Below, piece after piece: positions 37,526 to 49,003 of a DNA stretch of 64,000 nt (position 1 is the first letter of the stretch; every line of letters begins with the position of its first letter). The stretch lies in assembly GCA_013265495.1 (NCBI GenBank), contig MU058584.1, forward strand, positions 2,980,508 through 3,044,507, given 5' to 3'. The stretch comes from Vicugna vicugna. Its lineage: Eukaryota. Below the pieces are notes generated by a model. The model did not search any database. It was not told the origin of the DNA and saw nothing but the letters and a program-made list of their open reading frames with translations. Position numbers and translations under genes: made by a program.

Positions 37526-38403
37526 CGGTTCATGTCCATCGAGTTTTCCTTTCCCGTATTTATTCATGCAGCAAACACTTACTGGACACCTGAGGTTATC
37601 ACAGCGGACAGACAGGCAGAGACTCCCGCTTCGTGGAGCTGACTTTTATTTGGGGGTCACAGACAGAAAGCAGTGCAGGGACATTATGTAGCATGTTTGA
37701 AGGTGCCACGTGCCACGGGGGAAACAAAAGAGAGTGTGGGGGGGGCGGGGTGGACAGAGTTGAGTGGGATAGTCAGGAGGGCCTTGCTGAGAAGGGGACA
37801 GTTAAGCAGGAACGTAAGGGAGCAGGTGCCCCTGATGTTTCTGGACGTCTCCGGGCAGAAGACAAGCAAGGGCGAGGCCCTGAGGCCGGAGTCTGCCTGG
37901 TCTGTTGGGTGCGCAGTGAGCAGCGTGGCTTCAGTGGTGAGCAGGAGGTGAGGGTCCTGTAGCTCGCTGTGGCCCTCCTGGGCCTTCTGGGTCTGCATTT
38001 CACCTTATCTAAATAAAGCAAGTTTACCTGAGCCTGACTGGTCGCCATTCACATCTTGCCTTGGACAGAAGGTGTTTCCTTTTCAGAGGCTGGATTTCCC
38101 CCTTCGTTGAGTTCTGACCAAGTGCTGGGCCTTCACATTTCTGGTTCTGAGACTCTCATAAGCCTCTGGCCTCTCCCTGAACGGCCTTGGGATTTTGTCG
38201 TCAGCTGCCAGAATGGTCCAGCTATAGTTCATGACCTTGAGATCTGGTTTTTTTTGTTTTTTGTTTTTTTTCCAAAGAGACATCTGCTGCTCTCTTGGAG
38301 AAGCTGTTTCTTTCTTTTGCCTCTAAAGAGCCCCAGTCCTAGCAAGTGACTAGAGTAGCTGGTCTAAACAGACTAGCTGGTCTCCCTAGATTAGGCATCA
38401 CCT

Positions 38404-38945
38404 CGTTACCGAGTCCAAACTCATTCTGCTGGCTGCACGACAGGCCAGTAAATCGGGAGACAGAGGTGTTGGGGCAAGGAATAATGACTTTACTCAGAAA
38501 GCTGGCAGACTGAGAAGATGGGGGACTAATGTCCTGGAGAACCGTTTTCCCCAAATCAGAATTCAGGCTCCTTTTATACTAAAAAAGGGGAGGGGGCTGG
38601 TTGGTTTTTGCAGACTTCTTCCTGTGGGAAGCCTTTGTTCTTGCAGCCGTCCTCTAGGCCAGGTCATGATGTTCCTGTAAACCTCCAACAAGACAAATGT
38701 TATTGTCTGTTCTGCAACTTTTTATCTCTACATGAATGGGAAAAAGTTATGCCCTAAAGGGTCAGAGCCTTGAGAACGGGCTGTCCTGTATGTCTCGGGC
38801 TCTAGGCAACATTGTTTTACAGATGTCTCGGGCTCTAGGCAACATTGTTTTACAGAAGGAGCAGAAGCAGCCTGACTCAGCACAGAAAACAGCCCAGGGT
38901 TAGAGCCCAAGGAACAGATGTCATATGGAGTCAGACTTGCTGATA
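38404..38945 (-). mobile_element. Solo ERV1-class LTR in MGST3 intron 4, antisense (ends approximate)
   Basis: gttaccgagtccaaactc...cacgacaggccagtaaatcgggagac resembles laurasiatherian ERV1 LTRs; minus-strand TATAAAA (~38572-38578) and AGTAAA (~38488-38493). Confidence 0.7.
38790..38855. repeat. Perfect 33-bp tandem duplication
   Basis: ATGTCTCGGGCTCTAGGCAACATTGTTTTACAG x2 (38790-38822, 38823-38855). Confidence 0.95.
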
Positions 38946-39956
38946 TCCACCCCCAGCCCCATTCCTGTTCCGCTTCCCTAGATCCTGTTCCTTGTCCTTC
39001 ATTCTTTAAAATAATCTAAGATTCCTCTAATACTGTTCCTGCGTTGATGGCAATTATGCGACATTGTAGTGAAGAGTGACCTGGCAGAGCCTACAGACCT
39101 TCTAGATAGTGACTTATGGGCCTGGGGGTTTTATTTTTAGTTCTTTCATGCTCCTACTGAACTTTCCCTAAAATCATCTAAACAAATGAGTAAAACTCCT
39201 AAAGTAGTATCCTCACCCCCACTGATGCCACTGCTGAATTGGAAGGGCACTCGGGGACAGTGACTCGCCGTGACCCACATCCTCACACCACCCCCCCTCT
39301 CGTTCCCATTCTCCTCTGCCTCCTTTTGCCCAAGTGGGTCACCCCAGTGGAAGGATTTTCCATCTTGCCTAAGTCTTTACTCTCTTTTCTCAAGGGTGTT
39401 GGGAATGGGGACCCCTCCCCGTCCAAGACTACATATTCTGGGGTTCACAACATGACACACCCTCCCCACTTCTAGGGGAGCCCCACACTTCTGCGTGGGC
39501 TCAGCCTAGCCTCTGAGCCCTCCCGGGGCGGGGGGGACTTCGCAGAGACAGTGCCGCCCACAGCAGCCAGAGCACACAGCCCACATCCTATTCACGTGGC
39601 TTCTCCCCTCGTCCTGACTTCCAGTCGGTTTCCTCTCCGGGGTTCCCCTGCGACCCCCAGGCCTGCCTCTCCTTCCCCTGCGCGCCAGCACACCGAGTGC
39701 CCCAGGGCAAGCTGGGAGGTTGCTCGCATCCCTTCTACCTCAGAGGCGCCCAGCACTCACCTCCCAGGACCCTGAGCAGTTCATAGAAGGACCCGAGAGC
39801 CTTGATTTTCCTGTAAATCAACTTTGGTAGAGAGTATTTTACCATGTCCGTGAAATTGTTAACTTTTTATTAAAACACTGTGTGATCAATCTTAGATGTT
39901 AATACAAATCTGCCTGTTCATTGAATACAAATACTAACGTAGCCCTCTTTCTTTAG

Positions 39957-40029
39957 CGTATAGTTTCTGGCTTGGGCTTGGCCTGGATTGTCGGACGAGT
40001 TCTTTATGCTTATGGCTATTACACAGGAG
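39957..40029 (+). CDS. MGST3: MGST3 exon 5
   Basis: ctttag|RIVSGLGLAWIVGRVLYAYGYYTG(E)|gtaagt; branch-point-like tactaac upstream. Confidence 0.97.
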
Positions 40030-40750
40030 GTAAGTACACACTGACATCTGCCAAGGAAGCAAATTTGACATCTTACGCTATTTTTTTCTGTCTAGCAGGG
40101 CTTTAAGAAAAAGGGAAGTAACTTGATATTTAGGTAAAAAAAAACTGTTACCTTCTTTTGTTTTCCTAACCTTTGAATAGGAATGGTACTTAATTTTTCT
40201 TGAGCATTTTCAACATGTCAGTTGCTGTTCTAACAACTTTGCACATGCTACTGAGCCTTACAATTCTATGACCTAGATAATATTATCCTCGTTTATGGAT
40301 GAGGAAACGGCGAGAGTTAGAAAGATTAAGGCGCTATGTCATAGAGATACTGGGTGCAAACTAGAAAGCCAGGATTCAGAGCCAGGCGGACAGACTCCAG
40401 AGCCCCGCTCCTCATCACTGCTGTGAACGGTGTGCCCGAGGGAGAAGTGGGGAAAGACTCTTTGACTCTTCCGGCTGTACTGACCTCTTGGAAGAGGGAA
40501 CCATGCCAAAAGGTCCCAGAGCAACGTGTCTCTAATTATTATCTGATCATTTGTTTTAAGGTCCTATACTGCTGTGACGTGTTACTTTGCACGGGCAGTG
40601 TCTGCCATACTGACAGCTTTAGGCTGAAGAGCTGGTGGACCTCTGAAGACCAGATAACCCCAGAGGTCTTGATAGGGATGGCTGGTGGGTGTTGACAGCG
40701 TTGTCATTCGGGAGCATCCCCGGTAACTTCTGCTCTTTCTTCTTTTGCAG

Positions 40751-40887
40751 AACCCAGCAAGCGGAACCGGGGAGCCCTGGGCTCCATTGCCCTCATTGGC
40801 CTGATGGGCACAACTGTGTGCTCTGCCTTCCAGCATCTTGGTTGGATTAAAACTGGCCTGAACAGCGGGTCCAAGTGCTGCCATTAA
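40751..40887 (+). CDS. MGST3: MGST3 exon 6 (last coding exon, TAA 40885-40887)
   Basis: ttgcag|(E)PSKRNRGALGSIALIGLMGTTVCSAFQHLGWIKTGLNSGSKCCH*. Confidence 0.97.
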
Positions 40888-40967
40888 AGAATTATAGGGT
40901 ATTTAAAATCTCTCATTCGTTTTGAGTGACTTACTTTAATTTCCAGTTACTTTTTTTTTCTAAATAT

Positions 40968-40973
40968 AATAAA
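40968..40973 (+). terminator. MGST3: MGST3 polyadenylation signal
   Basis: AATAAA 80 nt after the stop; T-rich sequence upstream and downstream. Confidence 0.8.
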
Positions 40974-41139
40974 AACTTAACTTGGCGTCAGCCTCATACC
41001 TAACCCTGACTCTGTCAACTTATTTCTTTTTGACTCTTTATCTGAAATATAAGTAGCCTGTCCTGCTAGAAGAGAGAGGGGCCGTAGGTATTAAGCACCC
41101 CTTGTCTCCCTGCCAGAGGATGCTTACTTAATGTGTGAG

Positions 41140-41930
41140 CTGGTTTTTCCAGTAGCAAGTTGTTTAGTCTACATGCAGTCATTTTTTCCTCATTTCTCTT
41201 TCTGTGGTTGATTTCTGGTTCCATGCTGTTGTGGTCAGAAAGATGCTTGAAATAATTTCTATCCTCTTTAATTTGTTGAGGCTTGTTTTGGTGTCCTAGT
41301 ATGTGGTCTGTTCTAGAGAATGTTTCAGATACAATGTCCTGAAAAATCTCAATTTAGTCCAACTGTCCTATTGTGTCATTTAGGATCTCTGTTGCCTTAC
41401 TGGTTTTCTGTCTGAAGAGCTGTCCAGTGATGTCCACTGATGCCAGTGGGGTGTTAAAGTCTCCTATCATTGTATTCCCATCAATTTCTCCCTTTATGTC
41501 TGTTGGTATTTGGTTTATGTATTTAGGTGCTCCTATGCTGGGTGCACTTATTAACAAATGTAATATCCTCTTCCTGTATTGATCCTTTTATCATTATATA
41601 GTGTCCTTGTCTTTCTTCATGCCCTTTGTTATAAAGTCTATTTTGTCTGATACAAGTATTGCTGTCCCCACTTTCTTGTCATTTGCATTTGGATGAAATG
41701 TCTTTTTCCATTTTCCATCCCCTCACTTTCAATCTATGTGTGTCCTTTGCCCTGAAGTGGGTCTCTTGTAGGCAGCGTGTATTATAGACTCTGGTTTTAT
41801 TATCCAATCTGCCCCTCTGAGTCTTTTGTTCAGAGCATTTAGACCATTGACATTTAAGGTAATTCTTGACAGGTATGTATTTATTGCCATTTTAAACTTT
41901 GCTTTCCAGCTGATTTTGTGTTTCTTCTCC
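41140..41930 (-). mobile_element. L1 ORF2 endonuclease-domain segment (degenerate)
   Basis: ORF2 start at 41890 (MAINTYLSRITLNVNGLNA); APKYINQ...IGDFNTPL motif; SDHN motif near 41230. Confidence 0.9.
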
Positions 41931-43810
41931 AGAAATTGGAGACTCTTGGGTTCTGAGAAGTCTTATCAGGTGAATGGGAAAGACTGCTCCTGGCGTGTGC
42001 AGGAATCTTGATACTTTGGGGACCTCTGGAAGAGAGGAGCCCACCAAGGCAGAATCCGATGGTGGGCCTTTGGAATAGGCTTCCTGACCCTGAGAGGCCT
42101 TTTGGGAATTCAGTCTTAGACACCTGAGGAGTTCCACCAAAGCCTATGTTGTCAGTTGACCAGACTTATTCTGCAAACAAATTCGTCTTGATTTGGCTGT
42201 GTTTGGTGGAGATGAGGCTCATTTTAGAGAGAAAAATATTATGTTTTAGTGGCTATTAAATTCTAGTACTGTGGATTGAGGTCTAGATTCATGAAAGTTA
42301 TGGTGTTAGCCACCCTTCTGCCCGGATGTTTAGGAGGAAAAGAAAATTCTCTAGTGAGGTTGTCACAGTGTAACTACTCATGATCTGTAACATGGCTTGC
42401 TTTAAGTCTGCCACTAAAAGCACACGTACAATGTTTGTGTAACAACTTGGCTTAATTAATAAAATATGTAGCTTCTGAAATGTTTCCCCACCACTATACC
42501 TCTGAGCTTGTTCACAGTCTCTGATCAGTTTTCCCCCAACGTGGACAACTAGGCAAATATAAAGGAGGAGGCCTAGCACCGAGAGACACGGTCTGGACGC
42601 AGAGCAGGCAGCATTCATCTCGGCTTTAAGGGACAGGTACTTCGGTCTCTCAAAAGATTTGTAATCAAAAGGGGAAACGACAGGAAAATTCATCACACGT
42701 GGAAGTACAGGAGGAAGTCGTGCTGGCTTATACGTGGTCTAACTTAATGACCAGAGTGGCCTGTTTCCTGGCCTGTGAAACCTGCAGGGCACGTCTGCTT
42801 TGGCCACTGAGGGGACTGAATTTGAAAGTCAAAATGTGACTGTCGCTCAGACATCAAAGGTAAAACTAGGTGGCCGCTGGAGGTGCTTTTGGACATGTTC
42901 CTGTATTACTGAAAACTTGAGTTTTCCGAACTCTATTATAGACCAGGACAAAAACCACAGGCGGGTAGGCTATTATCTCAGACTGGTTCCTGCTTGTGTT
43001 TTGCTTGAAGGTCGTGATCTCCCGTGTCGTGCCTGTTGGCTGCCTTATATTTGTCCCCAGCCTGAGCAGAGGAAGTCCATTCGAGGACTGAGCAACAATG
43101 GCCTCATTGCAAAAGGAGTCTAATTGCTGGGTCTGCAGCGAGACGCCTGTGCCGGTGCCTTCCTCTGGGCTTCCGTGGAAACTCCCCCTGGCTAATGCGA
43201 CCATGGGAGGACAGCTGACAATGAGGTGGGAAGACTCTCACCATCTTCCTGTCCCACATGCCAATACGTCAGAAAGGACTTCTGTCAGCAAACATTACAA
43301 CACCTCGTATGCTTTGCCAGGGTGACTGCCCGTGAGACCCCAGGCTGCGCTGTAAGAGGAGTGGGCGGGCTTCAGGACACACAAGTCCAAAGAGTGGGAT
43401 TAACCACTGGGTCCTTCGTGAGTCTGCCACTAATGGCACTCAACATGGGCTGACTGCTAACTCCTGGCTAGGCTGCCATAACGTTTCTTCTAGAGCCAGG
43501 GTCTTCCCCTCCCCATGGGGGTGACTCTGGGTTTGTGCAAACCAGGGGTGTCCTTACCCTCCTTGTAACTGGACAGGGCGCCGCTGCGAGTGACTCCCTC
43601 TCCACTGACCCGGTAAGCGCTTGGCTGCAAAATTTGCCCACGTCCTGGCAAAGGACTGTTCTTAGCATCCTGGGTTATCTTATTCTTGATACTCTGGCTG
43701 CGGCTGTCTGTACTGTATGTTTGGAATCTGGCTGCAGTGCACCTGTACATACGTGTGTCCAGGGATATGGCAGAAGAGGGGTGGGCCAAGATTGTGAGGG
43801 TCATGCAGGG
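41931..43810 (+). mobile_element. ERV internal remnant (MER4-group-like non-coding part plus deleted env)
   Basis: tgagaggccttttgggaattcagtc...acttattctgcaaacaaatt...gagagaaaaatattatg resembles MER4-int; env-like peptides follow from about 43060. Confidence 0.6.
43060..43740 (+). pseudogene. Degenerate, internally deleted gamma-type retroviral env
   Basis: SNCWVC...SSGLPW (SU CXXC); LWVCANQGCPYPPCNWTGR at 43525-43581; DPVSAWLQNLPTSWQRTVLSILGYLIL...VCTVC (membrane-proximal and TM anchor); frameshifts and stops present. Confidence 0.7.
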
Positions 43811-44294
43811 TGTGCAGGGGTGAAGCGTATGGTCAGGCCACTCAAGATGGCGATTCTCTTGCTCTTTGTACATCCCCTGCTTCATCTACACCCTACTCAC
43901 ATGACTGACCTTCTTCCTACGTACTTGGCCCCACCCCAGCCAATGACTGTTCTGATCCTTAGATCAGAGCCTCTCCACTATGATGGCTTATCAAAGGAGT
44001 GATGAGGGACGTGCCCCTTTGCTAGTCTGCCTGGTGACTCATGAGCCAGCCTGACCTCAATTCCCCCTATAACTGGTAACCTCCCCCTCCCCTTCCCCCC
44101 AGGAGTAGACTGCCGCCATGTCCTGCCCACCCACTGCCACACACAGTGAGGTGTTGCTCCAGGACCTTGCTTCAGACACCGAAGATCCCCATCCATTAAA
44201 CCACTGACATCTGTATCACTGACTCCGGACTCTTCCTTCAGTCTTGCAGATGGGCAAGCACAGGGCTTGCAGGTCTGTGGGGTGCAGCCCCACA
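43811..44294 (+). mobile_element. 3' LTR of the ERV (resembles the MER73/MER74 group)
   Basis: TGTG...CACA ends; gtatggtcaggccactcaagatggcg; TATAA 44068-44072; ATTAAA 44195-44200; terminal ggggtgcagccccaca. Confidence 0.7.
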
Positions 44295-46536
44295 CTCCTA
44301 TTCTAGATCATCTTGCTGGGTAGGGCAGCCTAGGTTGCAGGTTTTCCCCTTTCGGGACTTTGAATATATTTTGCCATTCCCTTCCGGCCTGCAACGTTTC
44401 TGTAGAGAAATGAGCTGATAGCCTTACGGGGGTTGCCTTCTAACTAACACTATGTTTTTCCCTTGCTGCCTTTAGAATCTTCAACTTGGCCATCTTAATT
44501 ATGTCTTGGTGTAGGTCTGTTTGGGTTCATCATGTTTGGGACCTTCTGTACTTGGATATGTTTCCTTCCTTAGGTTTGGCAAAATTTCAGCTGTAACTTC
44601 TTCAAAAAAGTTTTCGATCTCCTTTTCTCTTTCTTCTTCTGGGACCCCTCTAATGCATAGACTGGCAAGCTTTGTATTACCCCATAGGTCCCTTATATTG
44701 CTTTTTCTGTCTCACCTTCTGATTGGGTGATTTCCTTTATTCTATCCTCCAGGTCACTTATTCCTTCTTCTGTGTGATTCAGTTTGCTATTTACTGACTT
44801 TAGCTCAGTTTTCATGCAAATGAATTGTCTGATTTTGACTGTCTTCATAGTTTCTAGTTCCTTGTTACAGTGATCTGCATTTCTTTTGACGGCTTTTCTT
44901 AATTCCGTCAGTACTTTTATTATCTCCTTTTTGAACTCTGGGTCTGTTTCATTGTTTGTTCTTACAGGGAATTTTCTTATTCTTTTCATTGGGAGGGGTT
45001 CGTATCCTTCGTTTTACTTGTATTGCTCTGACTCTATGAATTTAGGAGAAATAGTTATGTACTGTGGTCTTAAAGGGCTGTTTTTATGTGTGGGAGTGTT
45101 CCTGTGTAGCCTGCATCAGTCTAGTATTTCGTAGAGAGGGCTATTTTTAGTGTGGATGGCTGTCACGTTTTTTCTCCATGTGCTGGCTGTTATCCCCTTG
45201 ATGGGGGGGGTGGTCATTGGTGTTTTGGTGACCAGAGCCTGCCCTGGATGTTGAGCAGAACCTCCTCTTCACTCGGTGGCTGTTACAGCCCTGTCGGGGA
45301 CAGGGTCTGCTCCCTAGTTGCTGAAGTAGAAGGCCCTAGATACAATTCTGAGCTGCTGTATGAGGCAGGCAGGACTGGCGCACTCCCGCTGGGAGAGGAG
45401 CCGCTGAGTATTCCTCTTTAGATGTGTACCAGGAACTGCCCTGTGCAGTGTCCCGTCACCCACTGTGCACACTCACAGAGTACACTGTCGTTGGCACTGC
45501 CCTCGGTCCTGCCTCAGCCACGGGGATGCAGGCAGCCTGCCTGGAGGTCCCCTCAGGCACTGTGCTCTCACAAAGCCTCCGGTGCAGGTTCACTGAAGTC
45601 CGGCACCTGAATCCACCCTAGTCACACAACTGGACCCGATGGGGGAGTTAGGGAATCAGCCCTGACCCCAGCCCCACCTCCACACGCGCACACCACTGCT
45701 AACGCTGGACTGCCCCAGCCACAGGATGCCAGGAATCTGCTCAGATGTCCTGCAGACGCCACACTTACAGAGCAGGGACGTAAATCCCCAGAGGTCACAC
45801 AGACACCAGGACATCGATTTCAGCCCTGCCCCTGCACGTGGGCAAGCCACCAGTGCCTGCGCACTCCCCGAGCTCAGAGAGGGAGACCTGCGCCTTGAGC
45901 ATGCGGGGAATGAGGCTACTTTGGGCCAGCCCCTCCCTGAGTGCAAGTTAACAACGAGGCCCCTATGGGTGACCCGGACTCTGCCCTGTGTACACCCGCG
46001 GTCACGGCCCAACTGCACTCCTGTCCCTTCGGGCTGTCTCCATGCAGCCAACCCTAGCCCTCTCCTGGGGTCTGTCCGCTGAAGCCCGAGTTTCAGCACC
46101 CAGCCCCTGCTCGCACCAATGTGCGCCTCGGGCTGGGGAATGCAGCCAAGTGGCCAGGACCGTCTGTGCTGGTCTCTGTTCTGCCCGCCACTAGCTGGCT
46201 GCTGTGTTCTCCGCTGAACCTTGAAAGCTCCGTATCTGTCCCCGCTGACATCCCAGCCAGTGCAGGAGGTTCCCAGGGTGAGGGAACCTTTCCTTTTTCA
46301 CAGCTCCTTCCCAGGGGCACACACAGGTCTCATCCTGATTCCACCCCCCCTCCCCCTGCCGTTTCATCCTACCTGGTTACAAAGTGATCTTTAGTGCAGC
46401 TTTGGTTGTATGAGATCTGCCAGCATTCAGCGGGTTATTTTGTGATAACTGTACCATGCACAGGTAGATGTGTTTTTGATATATTTGCGGGAAGAGGTGA
46501 GCTCCACGTCCTTCTGTTCCGTCTTGATCTCTGCCC
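44295..46536 (-). mobile_element. L1 5' UTR and ORF1 (degenerate), retaining the 5' terminus
   Basis: Minus ORF EFKKEIIKVLTEL...EEGISDLEDRIKEITQSE (ORF1 coiled coil); LQPRLPYPAR motif near 44320; GC-rich 5' UTR; minus-strand start GGGCAGAGATCAAGACGG...GGACGTGGAGCTCACCTCTTCCC is typical of artiodactyl L1 5' ends. Confidence 0.85.
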
Positions 46537-46796
46537 ATCCTTACTGTATCAAGTTCTTGGGGATCAAACGGAAGGGCGTGCAGTGCCGTTCAGTGTTCCC
46601 ATGGCCAAGGGGCAGCTCTGGTTCCAGCTCCAGGTGTTGTAGGCAGCATGAGAGCCACCTGCTGGTGAACCTTTATCCATCAAGTTCTCTTGTGTCTGCC
46701 CCGCTTCCCGTTTCATCCCTATAGCGCTTGCCTCCAGTGATGCTCTAGCTCTAACTCAGTCGGAAACTGAGCTCCTCCAGTTCCCTCTCTTGAGCG

Positions 46797-46989
46797 GCGC
46801 TGTCCAGCAGAGCTTTCTGACATAATAGAAATATTCTACATCTCCACTGTTCACAACAGCAACCAAAACCCATGCGTGGCAAAGTATTCAAAATGTGGCT
46901 AGAGCAAAAAGCCGAATTTTCAGTTAGTTTTAACTGTATCTGAATAGCCACACGTGGTTAGTGGCCACTGTACACGAAGGGGACAGCAG
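46797..46989. mobile_element. MER3-like hAT DNA transposon
   Basis: gcgctgtccagcagagctttctg...aatagccacacgtggttagtggccactgta...ggacagcag, with inverted ends. Confidence 0.7.
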
Positions 46990-46994
46990 TGAAG

Positions 46995-47292
46995 CAGCGC
47001 TTCTCAGCCTGGTCTGTCCCCTCAAGCCTTTCAAGAACCCAGATGAGCAGGCCATACCCCAAACCCATTAAATTAGAATCTCAGTATTCTGAATGCTCTC
47101 TCTGGGCATTTCAAACATGTGGCCAAAGTTGAAAATCACTGCTCTAAAAGCAGTGTTTGGCAAACTAGAATCACCAGGGATCTTGTTAAAATACAGATTA
47201 TGATTCACAGGCCTGAGGTGGGAACTAGGATTCTGCACATCAGACAGGCAGAAGCTGCAGGTCCCTGGGCCACACTGAGGAGCAAGGCTCTA
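46995..47292. mobile_element. Two MER5-like hAT MITE fragments
   Basis: cagcgcttctcagcc...gttgaaaatcactgctcta; cagtg...tagaatcaccagggatcttgttaaaatacagatt...ccacactgaggagcaagg. Confidence 0.6.
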
Positions 47293-47421
47293 ACCCAGCC
47301 CTTCTTAGTCCATTCATTTCCACAAACACGGAGTACTCCCCACGGGCCCAGTGGCGTGACAGTTCTGGCTTTTAGAGTATTTGCCTGTCACAATACATAA
47401 TTAGATGCAGGTCCAGTAACA

Positions 47422-47865
47422 AGATAACAGGTTAATCCTACATGCCAGCCTGACTGGGCTGGGGGATGCCCAGATAGCTGGCAAAACATTATTTCTGGTT
47501 TGTCTGTGAGGGTGTTTCCGGAAGTCATTAGCATTGGCACCGGTGAACTGAGTAAAGCAGAGGGCCCTCTCCACCATGGGTGGCCATCATCCAATTCGTC
47601 AGGGCCCGAACGGAACAAAAGGGCAAAGAAGGGCAAATTTGCTCTCTGCTTGAGCTGAGACGTCCGTCTTCAGCACTCCCGGTGCTCAGGCCTGGACGCG
47701 GACTGAGTTACATCCCCAGCCTTCTGGGCTCTCCAGCTTGCAGACAGCAAGCAGACCGTGGGCTTTCTCAGCCTCCATGATCAGTGAGCCATTCCTATCA
47801 AAAGTCTCCTCTTGTACATTTCTACTCTATTCTATTGGTTCTGTTTTTCTGGAGAACCCTAATAC
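47422..47865 (+). mobile_element. ERVL LTR (MLT2B-like)
   Basis: ctgactgggctgggggatgcccagatagctggcaaaacattatttctgg...ctattggttctgtttttctggagaaccctaatac. Confidence 0.85.
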
Positions 47866-48182
47866 CGCTATTAAATGTAAATTATTCCCCTGAGAGGAAG
47901 AGAAGGGGCAAGGTGAGGACCACTGCCACAGTCTGAGAAGTCGGTGATCTGATGGCTCTTTAAACACAGACACTGCTTACACCAGGGGCTGGGAAATACG
48001 GAGCCTCAGAGCCTGCACGGCCACCAAAAGTGCAGTACAGCAACTAAAGCGTGCCCGTGTGTACTCACTGCAAAGGTCGAACCCTCTGCCCTAAACACTC
48101 AACTTTAGCCCTATTCTGTGCCCTCCTAGAACCCTGAGATGTTAGTTTCAACACGTGAAAACTGAAAGGCTGGACAGTGTGA

Positions 48183-48188
48183 TTTATT
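48183..48188 (-). terminator. ALDH9A1: ALDH9A1 polyadenylation signal
   Basis: tttatt is AATAAA on the minus strand, overlapping ATTAAA; about 640 nt after the stop; upstream TGTA motifs. Confidence 0.75.
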
Positions 48189-48829
48189 TAATTTCCGTAT
48201 ACTGCAGTAGCATCCAGGTAAGCTGTACATTTAAAAGGTAACTCTTCCGTCATGAGTACAAGCTATAGTTCAAGGACTGAAGGTGGTCCCCACCACCGCA
48301 GCGCCGAGGGAAGGCACAGTGCTAGCTCTGGCAAGGCGGTGTTCACACCCAGACGACCCATCCGCTGGCCAAGCCCTCTCTCTTCTGACTGTCGGTCTTC
48401 GCAATGGAATGACAGGGGGGCATGGCTTAAAAAATGTCAAGGAGCAGAAATCACCTCAACTGACTCAACCAGGAACCCCTGAAGGAGCAGGCTCTTTAAA
48501 GCAAGCTGGAGAATGAACCCGGCAGCCGGTGGACTCTATGGACGAATAATCCTGGCCCCTCCCCCTCTTCCCCAGAAGTGTGGTAGTGGCTCTCAAAGAT
48601 TTCACAGAAACTGGCGGAAAATCACAGATTTCTTGATTAGTATCTAGAAGACACTTATGCACATTTTTACTTAGGAAACTGAACAATGAAGAGTGACACT
48701 GAACCATGCTCTAATCCTGAACACCCAACGTCCTGGATCTAAACAGCAGGCGGCTGCTCCGCCTGCGTCAACAGAGCCGGTCCTCATTACTCCGAGCCCG
48801 GCCACGCTCACTGGCTTCACCTCCTGTTT

Positions 48830-49003
<174 letters not shown>

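Larger units (their letters stand above)
21330..40995 (+). other. MGST3: MGST3 gene span (6 exons)
   Basis: Exon chain with GT-AG introns; joined CDS 117+74+58+73+137=459 nt, a 152-aa MAPEG-family protein. Confidence 0.95.

Noticed and set aside
43535..44002. 155-aa ORF as a possible co-opted (syncytin-like) env
   Set aside because: GTG start; covers only the TM-anchor remnant and runs into the LTR; lacks signal peptide, fusion peptide and ISD
46756..46772. Small hairpin CTCAGT-CGGAA-ACTGAG with a tRNA A-box-like look
   Set aside because: A 6-bp stem is expected by chance; no B box or cloverleaf
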